Assembly (NCBI GenBank): GCA_030390025.1
Contig: CM059443.1
Span: 18,476,001 to 18,540,000, forward strand
Source of the DNA: Squalus acanthias
Taxonomy: Eukaryota
Direction of reading: 5' to 3'
Length of the DNA: 64,000 nt
Shown here: in pieces, positions 14,101 to 29,100 of the stretch
Layout: every line of letters starts with the position of its first letter
Position numbering within the stretch: the first letter of the stretch is position 1
The notes under the pieces: generated by a model
What the model was told of the DNA's origin: nothing
The model's input: the letters and a program-made list of their open reading frames with translations, nothing else
Databases searched by the model: none
Made by a program: the position numbers and the translations under genes

Positions 14101-17100
14101 AGTCACTGTGGTGCTGTTACCATTGACCGCACTGCAGAAAAACAAAAGACGTTTAATATTAGCAGCAAGTAATTTGCATCAACATAGTTTGTTAGGTCAC
14201 TAAGACAAGAATGATTAAGTCGTTGTTGGCCAAATGGTCAGCAAAGAAACCCTCGGTGGGATTAATATTTCTCTCCGCGACATTTCTTTGCTGGGAATAT
14301 TCTTTGGGCATTCTGGATAACTGTGAATTTTACATAAAGTGTAATACTCTAACAATAAGACTAAAAATGAAGGAAGTTTTAAATATTTAGTATGAATGGT
14401 AATATTTCTTACCTGAATGTATCTACTTTGCAACTTGAGAATGTTGCATTTATGCTGCTGTTCTTAAACAGGTCATTGAGCTATCGGGAAATAACAGAGT
14501 TAGCTTTAGATAGAGGAACAAAAGAAATTATGGTCTAATACTCCTCCACAAAACCTACTTGTACAACTCTCTCACCTCATTTGCAATCATAATTGTGTGG
14601 TTAGAGGAGTTTGACTGAATTTCTTGGAATGCTGGACTGTTTACAATAAATGTCACATTATAGTCAATAGGTTTTGGTTCCTCGGTTGGAGTCTGTGTTA
14701 CAGTTACAACTGGTATTGCAGCTGTGGAAAGAGAGGAAAGCATTTTAGTGCACAGAAAGAACAAGAATGAGAATATAGTGAAATAAGTATTTCCCACTTC
14801 TGAAAGTTAGACAGCTTAACCAGCGCAATGGGGAGATCCCAAAGCAAGTTGATTCCAATATTTGATTTTTGTTAAATGGACTCCTGCTCCATGATCTGAC
14901 CAGGACCATATCTCAATCACTCTTGAAACACTTAATTGATCTGAAGCTATCCAACCAGTTTTTGGTTCTTTGACAAATGCAAGCTGTTTTCTTCAAGCAA
15001 ATAAATATGTTACCTCATCTATTTATTATTCAATATCAAGCCCAAAATAACCTGGTGAACCTATTTCTGAAATATTCAGTAAATCATAACGCGATCTTTA
15101 CCTAAACTGATCTAACCAGAATAAGCTTGCTTAGATTGTCAGTGATGTAATGAATAGGCAAATGTTTCCTAAGAAATTGAAAAGAAACCATACTCACTGG
15201 TTACAGGAGGTGATTCATGGTAATCTGAAAATATAAATGGAGTGTGCTGTCACAGAAAGTTATCACAAGTCATCATTCTGCTCAAATATACAATAATTGA
15301 TGTCACCCATTAATTGCAACTAATCTGACCAATGTCAAATTTCCAAGGACAGAAGATATCAATGTGAATAGTTTGGCATTTTAGACTGCACATGCGGGAG
15401 TGAGTCTGATATGGAAAACACTTCAATTATATTGTCAGATGCTGATGTCAATTAATAGCTCCATGCTTGAAGAAGAGCAGACAGATAAGTAAATGCAGGA
15501 ACCTCTTACTAGTCTTCCTTCTCATTGCTTGCTTCATGGGTAGAGGCAAACAGAGTGACTGGTGAGTCTCTCTTGTGAAAAAAGTTAATCCAAATTCAAA
15601 ATTTGGCTAAACAGCTCAGAATTGTTTTATTTTGCAACAGATTGTGTAATTGTGTGAAAATATATTTGTTTTCCAATTACTTTGCTTCATCATTAACCCG
15701 ATTCATAGTTTGTTGCATTAGATACACGTTAATGTTGTTTGCTGCTCAGAGAGGTATAGTGGTAATATATATCTTTTCCAGGGTGTGTTTTGTCAGTAAA
15801 AAAAAAAGTTGTGCTGTTCATTCTAGGACTCAGTATCCCAGACCAAATAACAGCTAAGCTGATCAATTGCTTCATTGGATACTTGGCCTTGCAGGTGCAA
15901 GTGGTGCTTTGAACTCTGCGTTAGAAATGTTTCTGTACGCAGCCCAAACTGTAGCACATGTACCATACAAAAAGCAATACTAAATAATTACTGGATAAGT
16001 ACCATTTACATAGAGGCTGTAGTTGTCCAATGCATATGGCCCCAAGTTAGAAATGTCCTTGGTCTTGTTTTCAAACACATGATACACAAGTACTCTGTCG
16101 AGCTCCTCAACGGTAGAATCATTTTGGAATGAACAGATTGCAGTCACTGTGGTGCTGTTACCATTTACCGCACTGCAGAAAAACAAAAGAAGTTTAATAT
16201 TAGCAGCAAATAATTAGCCACAACATAGTTTGTGAGGTCACTAAGACAAGAATGATTAAGTCGTTGTTGGTCAAATGGTCAGCAAAGAAACCCTCGGTGA
16301 GATTAATATTTCTCTCCGCGACATTTCTTTGCAGGGTATATTCTTTGGGCATTCTGTATAACTGTGAATTTTACATAAAGTGCAAAACTCTAACAATAAG
16401 ACTAAAAATGAAGGAAGTTTTAAATATTTAGTATGAATGGTAATATTTCTTACCTGAATGTATCTACTTTGCAACTTAAAAATGTTGCATTTATGCTGCT
16501 GTTCTTAAACAGGTCATTGAGCTATAGGGAAAAAAAACAACATTGCTTTAGATAGAGAAACAAAGGAAATGATGGTCCAATATTTCTACACAAAACATAT
16601 GAGTACAACTCTCTCACCTCATTTGCAATCATGATTATCTGGTTAGAGGAGTTTGATTGAATTTCTTGGAATGCTGGACTGTTTACAATAAATGTCACAT
16701 TATAGTCAATTGGTTTTGGTTCCTCGGTTGGTGTCTGTGTTACAGTTACAACTGGTATTGCAGCTGTGGAAAGAGAGGAAAGCATTTTAGTGCACAGAAA
16801 GAACAAGAATGAGAATATAGTGAAAGAAGTATTTCCCACTTCTGAAAGGTTAGACTGCTTAACCAGCGCAATGGGGAAATCCCAAGGCAAGTTGATTCCA
16901 ATATTTAATTTTTGTCAAATGGACTCCTGCTCCATGATCTGACCAGGAACATATGTCAATCACTCTTGAAACACTTCATTAATCTGAAGCTATCCAACCA
17001 GTTTTTGGTTCTTTGACAAATGCAAGCTGTTTTCTTCAAGCAAATAAATATGTTATCTCAGGTATTTATTAATCAATATTAAGCCCCAAATAACCTGGTG

Positions 17101-20100
17101 AACCTATTAATGAAATATTCAGTAAATCATAACACAATCTTTACCAAATCTGATCTAACCAGAATAAGCTTGCTTAGATTGTCAGTGATGTAATGAATAT
17201 GCAAACCTTTCCTAAGAAATTGAAAAGAAGCCATACTCACTGGTTACAGGAGGTGATTCATGGTAATCTGAAAATATAAAGAGATTGTGCTGTCACAGAA
17301 AGTTATCACAAATCATCATTCTGCTCAAATATACAATAATTGATGTCACCCATTCATTGCAATTAATCTGACCAATGTCAAATCTCCAAGGACAGGAGGT
17401 ATCAATGCGAATAGTATGGAATTTTAGACTGCACATGCAGGAGTGAGTCTGATATGGAAGAAACTTCAATTATATTGTCAGATGCTGCTGTCAATTGATA
17501 GCTCCATGCTCGAAGAAGAGCAGACAGATTAGTAAATATAGGAACCTCTTACAAGTCTTCCTTCTCATTGCTTGCTTCATGGGTAGAGGGAAACAGAATG
17601 ACTGGTGAGTCTCTCTTGTGAAAGAAGTTAATCCAATTCGAAATTTGGCTAAACAGCTCAGAATTGTTTTATTTTGCAACAGATTGTGTAATTGTGTGAA
17701 AATGTATTTGTTTTCCTTTTTGTTGCTTCATCATTAACCCGATTCATAGTTTGCTGCCTTAGATACACGTTAATGTTGTTTGCTGCTCAGAGAGGTATAG
17801 TGGTAATATATATCTTTTCCAGGGTGTGCTAGCAGTAAAAAAAAAAGTTGCACTATTCAATCTAGGACTCAGTATCTAAGACCAAATAACAGCTAAGCTG
17901 ATCAATTCCTTCATTGGATACTTTGCCTTGCAGGTGCAACTCGTGCTTTGAACTCTGCGTTAGAAATGTTTCTGTACGCTGCCCAAACTGTAGCACATGT
18001 ACCATACAAAGAGCTACACTAAATAATTACTGGATAAGTACCATTTACATAGAGGCTGTAGTTGTCCAATGCATATGGCCCCAAGTTAGAAATGTCTGAT
18101 ATAGAAATGTCCTTGGTCTTGTTTTCAAACACATGATACACAAGTACTCTGTCGAGCTCCTCAACGGTAGAATCATTTTGGAATGAACAGATTGCAGTCA
18201 CTGTGGTGCTGTTACCATTTACCGCACTGCAGAAAAACAAATGAAGTTTAATATTAGCAGCAAATAATTAGCCACAACATAGTTTGTGAGGTCACTAAGA
18301 CAAGAATGATTAAGTCGTTGTTGGTCAAATGGTCAGCAAAGAAACCCTCGGTGGGATTAATATTTCTCTCCGCGACATTTCTTTGCAGGGAATATTCTTT
18401 GGGCATTCTGGATAACTGTGAATTTTACATAAAGTGCAAAACTCTAACAATAAGACTAAAAATGAAGGAAGTTTTAAATATTTAGTATGAATGGTAATAT
18501 TTCTTACCTGAATGTATCTACTTTGCAACTTGAGAATGTTGCATTTATGCTGCTGTTCTTAAACAGGTCATTGAGCTATTGGGAAATAACAGAGTTAGCT
18601 TTAGATAGAGGAACAAAAGAAATTATGGTCTAATACTCCTCCACAAAACCTACTTGTACAACTCTCTCACCTCATTTGCAATCATAATTGTGTGGTTAGA
18701 GGAGTTTGACTGAATTTCTTGGAATGCTGGACTGTTTACAATAAATGTCACATTATAGTCAATAGGTTTTGGTTCCTCGGTCGGAGTCTGTGTTACAGTT
18801 ACAACTGGTATTGCAGCTGTGGAAAGAGAGGAAAGCATTTTAGTGCACAGAAAGAACAAGAATGAGAATATAGTGAAAGAAGTATTTCCCACTTCTGAAA
18901 AGTTAGACAGCTTAACTAGCGCAATGGGGAAATCCCAAAGCAAGTTGATTCCAATATTTGATTTTTGTTAAATGGACTCCTGCTCCATGATCTGACCAGG
19001 ACCATATGTCAATCACTCTTGAAACACTTAATTGATCTGAAGCTATCCAACCAGTTTTTGGTTCTTTAACAAATGCAAGCTGTTTTCTTCAAGCAAATAA
19101 ATATGTTACCTCATCTATTTATTATTCAATATTAAGCCCCAAATAACCTGGTTAACCTATTTATGAAATATTCAATAAATCATAACGCAATCTTTACCTA
19201 AACTGACCTAACCAGAATAAGCTTGCTTAGATTGTCAGTGATGTAATGAATAGGCAAATGTTTCCTAAGAAATTGAAAAGAAACCATACTCACTGGTTAC
19301 AGGAGGTGATTCATGGTAATCTGAAAATATAAATGGAGTGTGCTGTCACAGAAAGTTATCACAAGTCATCATTCTGCTCAAATATACAATAATTGATGTC
19401 ACCCATTAATTGCAACTAATCTAAACAATGTCAAATCTCCTAGGACAGAGGTATCAATGCGAATAGTTCAGAATTTTGGACTGCATATGCTGGAGTGAGT
19501 CTGATATGGAAAACACTTCAATTATTTTGTCAGATGCTGATGTCAATTGAGAGCACCATGCTCGAAGATGAGCATACCGAAAAGTAAATACAGGAACCTC
19601 TTATAGAGGAACCTCTTATATAAAAACAGAAAATACTGGAGATACTCAGCAGGTCAGGCAGCATCTGTGAAGCGAGAAACAGAGTTAACGTTTCAGGTCG
19701 ATGACCTTTCGTCAGAACTGGAAAAAAGCAGGAAATGGAACAGATTTTTAAGCAAGTGTAGGGGCTGGGAAAGGGGGGAGGGGATGAAAGAACAAAAGGG
19801 AAGGTCTGTGATAGGATAGAAGGCAGGGGAGGTTAAGAGACATTAAGAGATATTCAAGGCAAAAGGAGATGGTAATGGGGCAGGTAAGAAACAAAGGATG
19901 GCTCTAGATGAAGTGTAAATTGCGCTGGCAGAATGAAAGACAGCTGCCATGTGGGAAAGAAGAAAAGACACAAACAAAAGCTGTGGATAAAAAATATATA
20001 TAGGATATGGGTCGAGGTTATGATCTGAAATTGTTGAACTCTATGTTGAGTCCAAAAGGCTGTAAAGTGCCTAATCGAAAGATGAGATGCTGTTCTTCAA

Positions 20101-23100
20101 GCTTGCGCTGAGCTTCCGTGGAACAATGCAAGAGGCCGAGGACGGTGAGGTCTGAGTGGGAGTGGAGCGGAGAATTAAAGTGACAGGCGACAGGAAGCTC
20201 CGGGTCCCCCTTACGAACTGAACGGAGGTGTTCCGCAAAGCAGTCAGGAACCTCTTACTAGTCTTCCTTCTCATTGCTTGCTTCATGGGTAGAGGGAAAC
20301 ACAGTAACTGGAGAGTCTCTCTTGTGAAAGAAGTTAATCCAAATTTGAAATTTGGCTAAGCAGCTCAGAATTGTTTTATTTTGCAACAGATTGTGTAATT
20401 GTGTGAAAATTTATTTGTTTTCCTTTTACTTTGCTTCATCATTAACCCGATTCATAGTTTGTTGCATTAGATACACGTTAATACATAGAAACATAGAATC
20501 TAGGAGCAGGAGTAGGCCATTCGGCCCGTCGAGCCTGCTCCACCATTCAATACGATCATGGCTGATCATCCAAATCCAGCACCCTGTCCCTGCTTTAATC
20601 CCCACAGTACACATATCCCACCCTACCCCCGTAACCCCACATATTTAATTCCCCCTAACATATCCCATCCTATCCCCATAACCCCACATATTTAATCCCC
20701 CCTAACACTAAGGGTCAATTTTATCATAGCCAAATCAACCTAACCCGCACATTTTTGGACTGTGGGAGGAAACCGGAGCACCCGGAGGAAACCCACGCAG
20801 ACACGGGGAGAATGTGCAAACTCCACACAGACAGTCACCCGAGGTCAGATTCGAACCCGAGTCCCTGGCGCTGTGAGGCACCAGTGCTAACCACTATGCC
20901 ACCGTGTTGCCCGTGTTGTTTGTTGTTTGCTGCTCAGAGAGGTATAGTGGTAATATATATCTTTTCCAGGGTGTGTGTTATCAATAAAAGAAAAGTTGCT
21001 CTGTTCATTCTAGGACTCAGTGTCCAAGACCAAATAACAGCTGAGCTGATCAATTGCTTCATTGGATACTTGGCCTTGCAGGTGCAAGTGGCGCTTTAAA
21101 CTCTGCATTAGAAATGATTCCGTATGCTGCCCATACTGTAGCACATGTACCATACAAAGAGCGACACTAAATAATTACTGGATATGTACCATTTACATAG
21201 AGGCTGTAGTTGTCCAATGCATATGGCCCCAAGTTAGAAATGTCCTTGGTCTTGTTTTCAAACACATGATACACAAGTACTCTGTCGAGCTCCTCAACGG
21301 TAGAATCATTTTGGAATGAACAGATTGCAGTCACTGTGGTGCTGTTACCATTTATCGCACTGCAGAAAAACAAAAGAAGTTTAATATTAGCTGCAAATAA
21401 TTAGCCACAACATAGTTTGTGAGGTCACTAAGACAAGAATGATTAAGTCGTTGTTGGCCAAATGGTCAGCAAAGAAACCCTCGGTGGGATTAATATTTCT
21501 CTCCGCGACATTTCTTTGCAGGGAGTATTCTTTGGGCATTCTGGATAACTGTGAATTTTACATAAAGTGCAATGCTCTAACAATAAGATACAAAATGAAG
21601 GAAGTTTTCAATATTTAGTATGAATGGTAATATTTCTTACCTGAATGTATCTACTTTGCAACTTGAAAATGTTGCATTTATGCTGCTGTTCTTAAACAGG
21701 TCATTGAGCTATAGGGAAAAAAAACAACATTGCTTTAGATACAGAAACAAAGGAAATGATGGTCTAATACTCCTCCACAAAACATACTTGTACAACTCTC
21801 TCACCTCATTTGCAATCATGATTATCTGGTTAGAGGAGTTTGATTGGATTTCTTGGAATGCTGGACTGTTTACAATGAATGTCACATTATAGTCAATAGG
21901 TTTTGGTTCCTCGGTTGGAGTCTGTGTTACAGTTACAATTGGTATTGCAGCTGTGGAAAGAGAGGAAAGCATTTTAGTGCACAGAAAGAACAAGAATGAG
22001 AATATAGTGAAAGAAGCATTTCCCACTTCTGAAAGGTTAGACAGCTTAACCAGCGCAATGGGAAAATCCAAAAGCAAATTGATTCCAATATTTGATTTTT
22101 GTTAAATGGACTCCTGCTCCATGATCTAACCAGGACCATATGTCAATCACTCTTGAAACACTTAATTGATCTGAAGCTATCCAACCAATTTTTGGTTCTT
22201 TAACAAATGCAAGCTGTTTTCTTCAAGCAAATAAATATTTTACCTCATCTATTTATTATTCAATATCAAGCCCAAAATAACCTGGTGAACCTATTTATGA
22301 AATATTCAATAAATCATATCGCAATCTTTACCTAAACTGATCTAACCAGAATAAGCTTGCTTAGATTGTCAGTGATGTAATGAATAGGCAATTGTTTCCT
22401 AAGAAATTGAAAAGAAACCATACTCACTCGTTACAGGAGGTGATTCATGGTAATCTGAAAATATAAATGGAGTGTGCTGTCACAGAAAGTTATCACAAGT
22501 CATCATTCTGCTCAAATATACAATAATTGATGTCACCCATTAATTGCAACTAATCTAAACAATGTCAAATCTCCTAGGACAGAGGTATCAATGCAAATAG
22601 TTCAGAATTTTGGACTGCATATGCGGGAGTGAGTCTGATATGGAAGAAACCTCAATTATATTGTAAGATGCTGCTGTCAATTAATAGCTCCATGCTCGAA
22701 GAAGAGCAGACAGATAAGTAAATAGAGGAACCTCTTACTAGACTTACTTCTCATTGCTTGCTTCATGGGTAGAGGCAAACAGAGTAACTGGTGAGTCTCT
22801 CTTGTGAAAGAAGTTAATCCAAATTCGAATTTTGGCTAAACAGCTCAGAATTGTTTTCTTTTGCAACAGATTGTGTAACTGTGTGAAAATATATTTGTTT
22901 TCCTTTTACATTGCTTCATCATTAACCTGATTCATAGTTTGTTGCATTAGATACACGTTTTGTTGTTTGCTGCTCAGAGAGGTATAGTGGTAATATATAT
23001 CTTTTCCAGGGTGTGTTTTGTCAGTAAAAAAAAAGTTGTGCTGTTCATTCTAGGACTCAGTATCCCAGACCAAATAACATCTAAGCTGATCAATTGCTTC

Positions 23101-26100
23101 ATTGGATACTTGGCCTTGCAGGTGCAAGTGGTGCTTTGAACTCTGCGATAGAAATGTTTCTGTACGCTGCCCAAACTGTAGAACATGTAACATACAAAGA
23201 GCTACACTAAATAATTACTGGATAAGTACCATTTACATAGAGGCTGCAGTTGTCCAATGCATATGGCCCCAAGTTAGAAATGTCCTTGGTCTTGTTTTCA
23301 AACACATGATACACAAGTACTCTGTCGAGCTCCTCAACGGTAGAATCATTTTGGAATGAACAGATTGCAGTCACTGTAGTGCTGTTACCATTTACCGCAC
23401 TGCAGAAAAACAAAAGAAGTTTAATATTAACAGCAAATAATTTGCATCAACATAGTTTGTTCGGTCACTAAGACAAGAATGATTAAGTCGTTGTTGGTCA
23501 AATGGTCAGCAAAGAAACCCTCGGTGGGATTAATATTTCTCTCCACGACATTTCTTTGCAGGGAATATTCTTTGGGCATTCTGGATAACTGTGAATTTTA
23601 CATAAAGTGCAATACTCTAACAATAAGATACAAAATGAAGGAAGTTTTAAATATTTAGAATGAATGGTAATATTTCTTACCTGAATGTATCTACTTTGCA
23701 ACTTGAGAATGTTGCATTTATGCTGCTGTTCTTAAACAGGTCATTGAGCTATAGGGAAATAACAAAGTTAGCTTTAGATACAGAAACAAAGGAAATGATG
23801 GTCCAGTACATCTCCACAAAACATACTTGTACAACCTCTTACCTCATTTGCAATCATGATTGTCTGATTAGAGGAGTTTGATTGAATTCCCTTGAATGCT
23901 GGACTGTTTACAATGAATGTCACATTATAGTCAATAGGTTTTGGTTCCTCGGTTGGAGTCTGTGTTACAGTTACAACTGGTATTGCAGCTGTGGAAAGAG
24001 AGGAAAGCATTTTAGTGCACAGAAAGTACAAGAATGAGAAAATAGTGAAAGAATTATTTCCCACTTCTGAAAGGTTAGACAGCTTAACCACTGCAATGGG
24101 GAAATCCCAAAGCAAGTTGTTTGCAATACTTGATTTTTGTTAAAAGGACTCCTGCTCCATGATCTGACCAGCAACATATGTCAATCACTCTTGAAACACT
24201 TAATTAATCTGAAGCTATCCAACCAGTTTTTGGTTCTTTGACAAATGCAGGCTGTTTTCTTCAAGCAGCTAAAGATGTTCAACATAGAAACATAGAAAAA
24301 TAGGAGCAGAAGTAGGCCATTCGGCCCTTTGAGCATGCTCCGCCATTCAATATGATCATGTCTGATTCTCTATCTCAATACCATATTCCCGCTCTCTCCC
24401 CATACCCCTTGATGCCTTTTGTGTCAAGAAATCTATCTATCTCCTTCTTATATATATTCAGTGACTTGGCCTCCACAGCCTTCTGTGGTAGAGAATTCCA
24501 GAGGTTCACCACCCTCTGAGTGAAGAGATTTCTCCTCATCTCAGTCCTAAATATCCTAACCCTTATCCTGAGACTGGGACACCTCATTCTAGACCCCCCA
24601 GCCAGGAAAAACATCCTCCCTGCATCCAGTCTGTCTAGCCCTGTCAGAATTTTATACGTTTCAATGAGATCCCCTTTCATTCTTCCAAACTCTAGTGAAT
24701 ACAGGTCTAGTTGACCCAATCTCTCCTCATACTCTGGTAGATGTAGTGTATTTGGATTTTCAGAAGGCCTTCGATAAGATCCCACACAAGAGGTTGGTGA
24801 ACAAAATTAGTGCGCATGGATTTGAGGGTAATATACTAGCATGGATTGAGTTTTGGTTAACAGACAGAAAACAAAGAGTAGGGATAAATGGGTCTTTTTC
24901 AGGATGACAGGCTGTGACTAGTGGGGTACCGCAAGGATCGGTGCTTGGGACCCAGCTATTCACAATCTATATCAATGATTTGGATGAGGGGACTAAATGT
25001 AACAATTCCAAATTTGCTGATGATACAAAGCTAGGTGGCAGTGGCAGTTGTGAAGAGGCTTCAAGGGGATCTCGACAGGCTCATGAGTGGGCGAGATCAT
25101 GGCAGATGGAATATAATGTGGATAAATGTGAAGTTATCCACTTTGGTAGGAAAAACAGAAAGGCAGAGTATTTCCTAAATGGTGAAAGATTGGGTGTCCT
25201 TGTACATGAGTCACTGAAAGTGAATGTGCAGGTGCAACAAGCCATTAGGAAGGCAAATGGTATGCTGGCCTTCATTACAAGAGGATTTGAGTACAGGAGT
25301 AAAGAAGTCTTACTCCAATTATATAGGGCCTTGGTGAGACCACACCTGGAGTACTTTATACAATTTTGGTCTCTTTACCTAAGGAAGGATATACTTGCCA
25401 TAGAGGGAGTGCAACGAAGGTTCACGAGATTGATTCCTGGATGGCGGGACTGTCGTATGAGAAGAGATTGAGTAAACTAGGCCTGTATTCTCTTGAATTC
25501 AGAAGAATGAGAGGGGATCTCATTGAAACATACAAAATTCTTACAGGGCTTGATAGGGTGGATGCTGGGAGAATGTTTCCCTTGGCTGGGACATCTAGAA
25601 CCAGGGGGCCACAGCCTCAGGATAAAGGGTAGGCCATTCAGGACTGAGATGAGAAGACATTTCTTCACACAGAGGGTGGTGAAGCTTTGGAATTCTCTCC
25701 CCCAGAGGGCTGTGGAGGCTCAGTCATTGGGTATATTCAAAACAGAAGTCGATAGATTTCTGACTAGTAAGGGCGTCAAGAGATATGGCGATAGGCCCGG
25801 TGAATGAAGTTGAGGCAGAAGATCAGCCATGATCTCATTGAATGGCGGAGCAGGCTCGATGGGCTGAATAGCCTACTCCTGCTCCTATTTCTTGTGTTCT
25901 TATGGTCATACGACAGTCCTGCCATCCCAGGAATCAGTCTGGTGAACCTTCGCTGCACTCCCTCTATGGCAAGTATATCCTTTCTTAGGTAAGGAGACCA
26001 AAACTGCACACAGTACTCCAGATGTGGTCTCACCAAGGCCCTGTATAACTGTAGTAAGACATTGTTGTTCCTGTACTCAAATCCTCTTGCAATGAAGGCC

Positions 26101-29100
26101 AACATACCATTTGCCTTCCGAACTGCTTGCTGCACCTGCATGTTTGCTTTCAGTGACTGGTGTACAAGGACACCCAAATCCCTCTGTACATCAACATTTC
26201 CCAATCTATCACCTTTTAAATAATACTCTGCCTTTCTGTTTTTCCTACCGAAGTGGATAACTTCACATTTATCCACGTTGTATTGCATCTGCCATGTATT
26301 TGCCAACTCACTCAACTTGTCTAAATCGTCTTGAAGCCTCTTTGCATCCTCTTCACAACTCAAAATGTTATCTCATGTATTTATTAATCAATATCAAGCC
26401 CAAAATAACCTGGTAAACCTATTAATGAAATATTCAGTAAATCATAACACAATCTTTACCAAATCTGATCTAACCAGAATAAGCTTGCTTAGATTGTCAG
26501 TGATGTAATGAATAGGCAAACGTTTCCTAAGAAACTGAAAAGAAACCATACTCACTGGTTACAGGAGGTGATTCATGGTAATCTGAAAATATAAAGAGAT
26601 TGTGCTGTCACAGAAATTGATCACAAGTCATCATTCTGCTCAAATATACAATAATTGATGTCACCCATTAATTGCAACTAATCTGACCAATGTCAAATTT
26701 CTAAGGACAGAAGATATCAATGTGAGTAGTTTGGCATTTTAGACTGCACATGTGGGAGTGAGTCTGATATGGAAAACACTTCATTATATTGTCAGATGCT
26801 GATGTCAATTAATAACTCCATGCTTGAAGAAGAGCAGACAGATAAGTAAATGCAGGAACCTCTTACTAGTCTTCCTTCTCATTGCTTGCTTCATGGGTAG
26901 AGGCAAACAGAGTGACTGGTGAGTCTCTCTTGTGAAAAAAGTTAATCCAAATTCAAAATTTGGCTAAACAGCTCAGAATTGTTTTATTTTGCAACAGATT
27001 GTGTAATTGTGTGAAAATATATTTGTTTTCCAATTACTTTGCTTCATCATTAACCCGATTCATAGTTTGTTGCATTAGATACACGTTAATGTTGTTTGCT
27101 GCTCAGAGAGGTATAGTGGTAATATATATCTTTTCCAGGGTGTGTTTTGTCAGTAAAAAAAAAAGTTGTGCTGTTCATTCTAGGACTCAGTATCCCAGAC
27201 CAAATAACAGCTAAGCTGATCAATTGCTTCATTGGATACTTGGCCTTGCAGGTGCAAGTGGTGCTTTGAACTCTGCGTTAGAAATGTTTCTGTACGCAGC
27301 CCAAACTGTAGCACATGTACCATACAAAAAGCAATACTAAATAATTACTGGATAAGTACCATTTACATAGAGGCTGTAGTTGTCCAATGCATATGGCCCC
27401 AAGTTAGAAATGTCCTTGGTCTTGTTTTCAAACACATGATACACAAGTACTCTGTCGAGCTCCTCAACGGTAGAATCATTTTGGAATGAACAGATTGCAG
27501 TCACTGTGGTGCTGTTACCATTTACCGCACTGCAGAAAAACAAAAGAAGTTTAATATTAGCAGCAAATAATTAGCCACAACATAGTTTGTGAGGTCACTA
27601 AGACAAGAATGATTAAGTCGTTGTTGGTCAAATGGTCAGCAAAGAAACCCTCGGTGAGATTAATATTTCTCTCCGCGACATTTCTTTGCAGGGAATATTC
27701 TTTGGGCATTCTGTATAACTGTGAATTTTACATAAAGTGCAAAACTCTAACAATAAGACTAAAAATGAAGGAAGTTTTAAATATTTAGTATGAATGGTAA
27801 TATTTCTTACCTGAATGTATCTACTTTGCAACTTAAAAATGTTGCATTTATGCTGCTGTTCTTAAACAGGTCATTGAGCTATAGGGAAAAAAAACAACAT
27901 TGCTTTAGATACAGAAACAAAGGAAATGATGGTCCAATACTTCTCCACAAAACATATGAGTACAACTCTCTCACCTCATTTGCAATCATGATTATCTGGT
28001 TAGAGGAGTTTGATTGAATTTCTTGGAATGCTGGACTGTTTACAATAAATGTCACATTATAGTCAATTGGTTTTGGTTCCTCGGTTGGAGTCTGTGTTAC
28101 AGTTACAACTGGTATTGCAGCTGTGGAAAGAGAGGAAAGCATTTTAGTGCACAGAAAGAACAAGAATGAGAATATAGTGAAAGAAGTATTTCCCACTTCT
28201 GAAAGGTTAGACTGCTTAACCAGCGCAATGGGGAAATCCCAAGGCAAGTTGATTCCAATATTTAATTTTTGTCAAATGGACTCCTGCTCCATGATCTGAC
28301 CAGGAACATATGTCAATCACTCTTGAAACACTTCATTAATCTGAAGCTATCCAACCAGTTTTTGGTTCTTTGACAAATGCAAGCTGTTTTCTTCAAGCAA
28401 ATAAATATGTTATCTCATGTATTTATTAATCAATATTAAGCCCCAAATAACCTGGTGAACCTATTAATGAAATATTCAGTAAATCATAACACAATCTTTA
28501 CCAAATCTGATCTAACCAGAATAAGCTTGCTTAGATTGTCAGTGATGTAATGAATATGCAAACCTTTCCTAAGAAATTGAAAAGAAGCCATACTCACTGG
28601 TTACAGGAGGTGATTCATGGTAATCTGAAAATATAAAGAGATTGTGCTGTCACAGAAAGTTATCACAAGTCATCATTCTGCTCAAATATACAATAATTGA
28701 TGTCACCCATTCATTGCAATTAATCTGACCAATGTCAAATCTCCAAGGACAGGAGGTATCAATGCGAATAGTATGGAATTTTAGACTGCACATGCAGGAG
28801 TGAGTCTGATATGGAAGAAACTTCAATTATATTGTCAGATGCTGCTGTCAATTGATAGCTCCATGCTCGAAGAAGAGCAGACAGATTAGTAAATATAGGA
28901 ACCTCTTACAAGTCTTCCTTCTCATTGCTTGCTTCATGGGTAGAGGGAAACAGAATGACTGGTGAGTCTCTCTTGTGAAAGAAGTTAATCCAATTCGAAA
29001 TTTGGCTAAACAGCTCAGAATTGTTTTATTTTGCAACAGATTGTGTAATTGTGTGAAAATGTATTTGTTTTCCTTTTTGTTGCTTCATCATTAACCCGAT

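Noticed and set aside
20840-20912. tRNA gene
   Set aside because: It is the tRNA-derived head of a SINE, followed by the V-domain and LINE tail.
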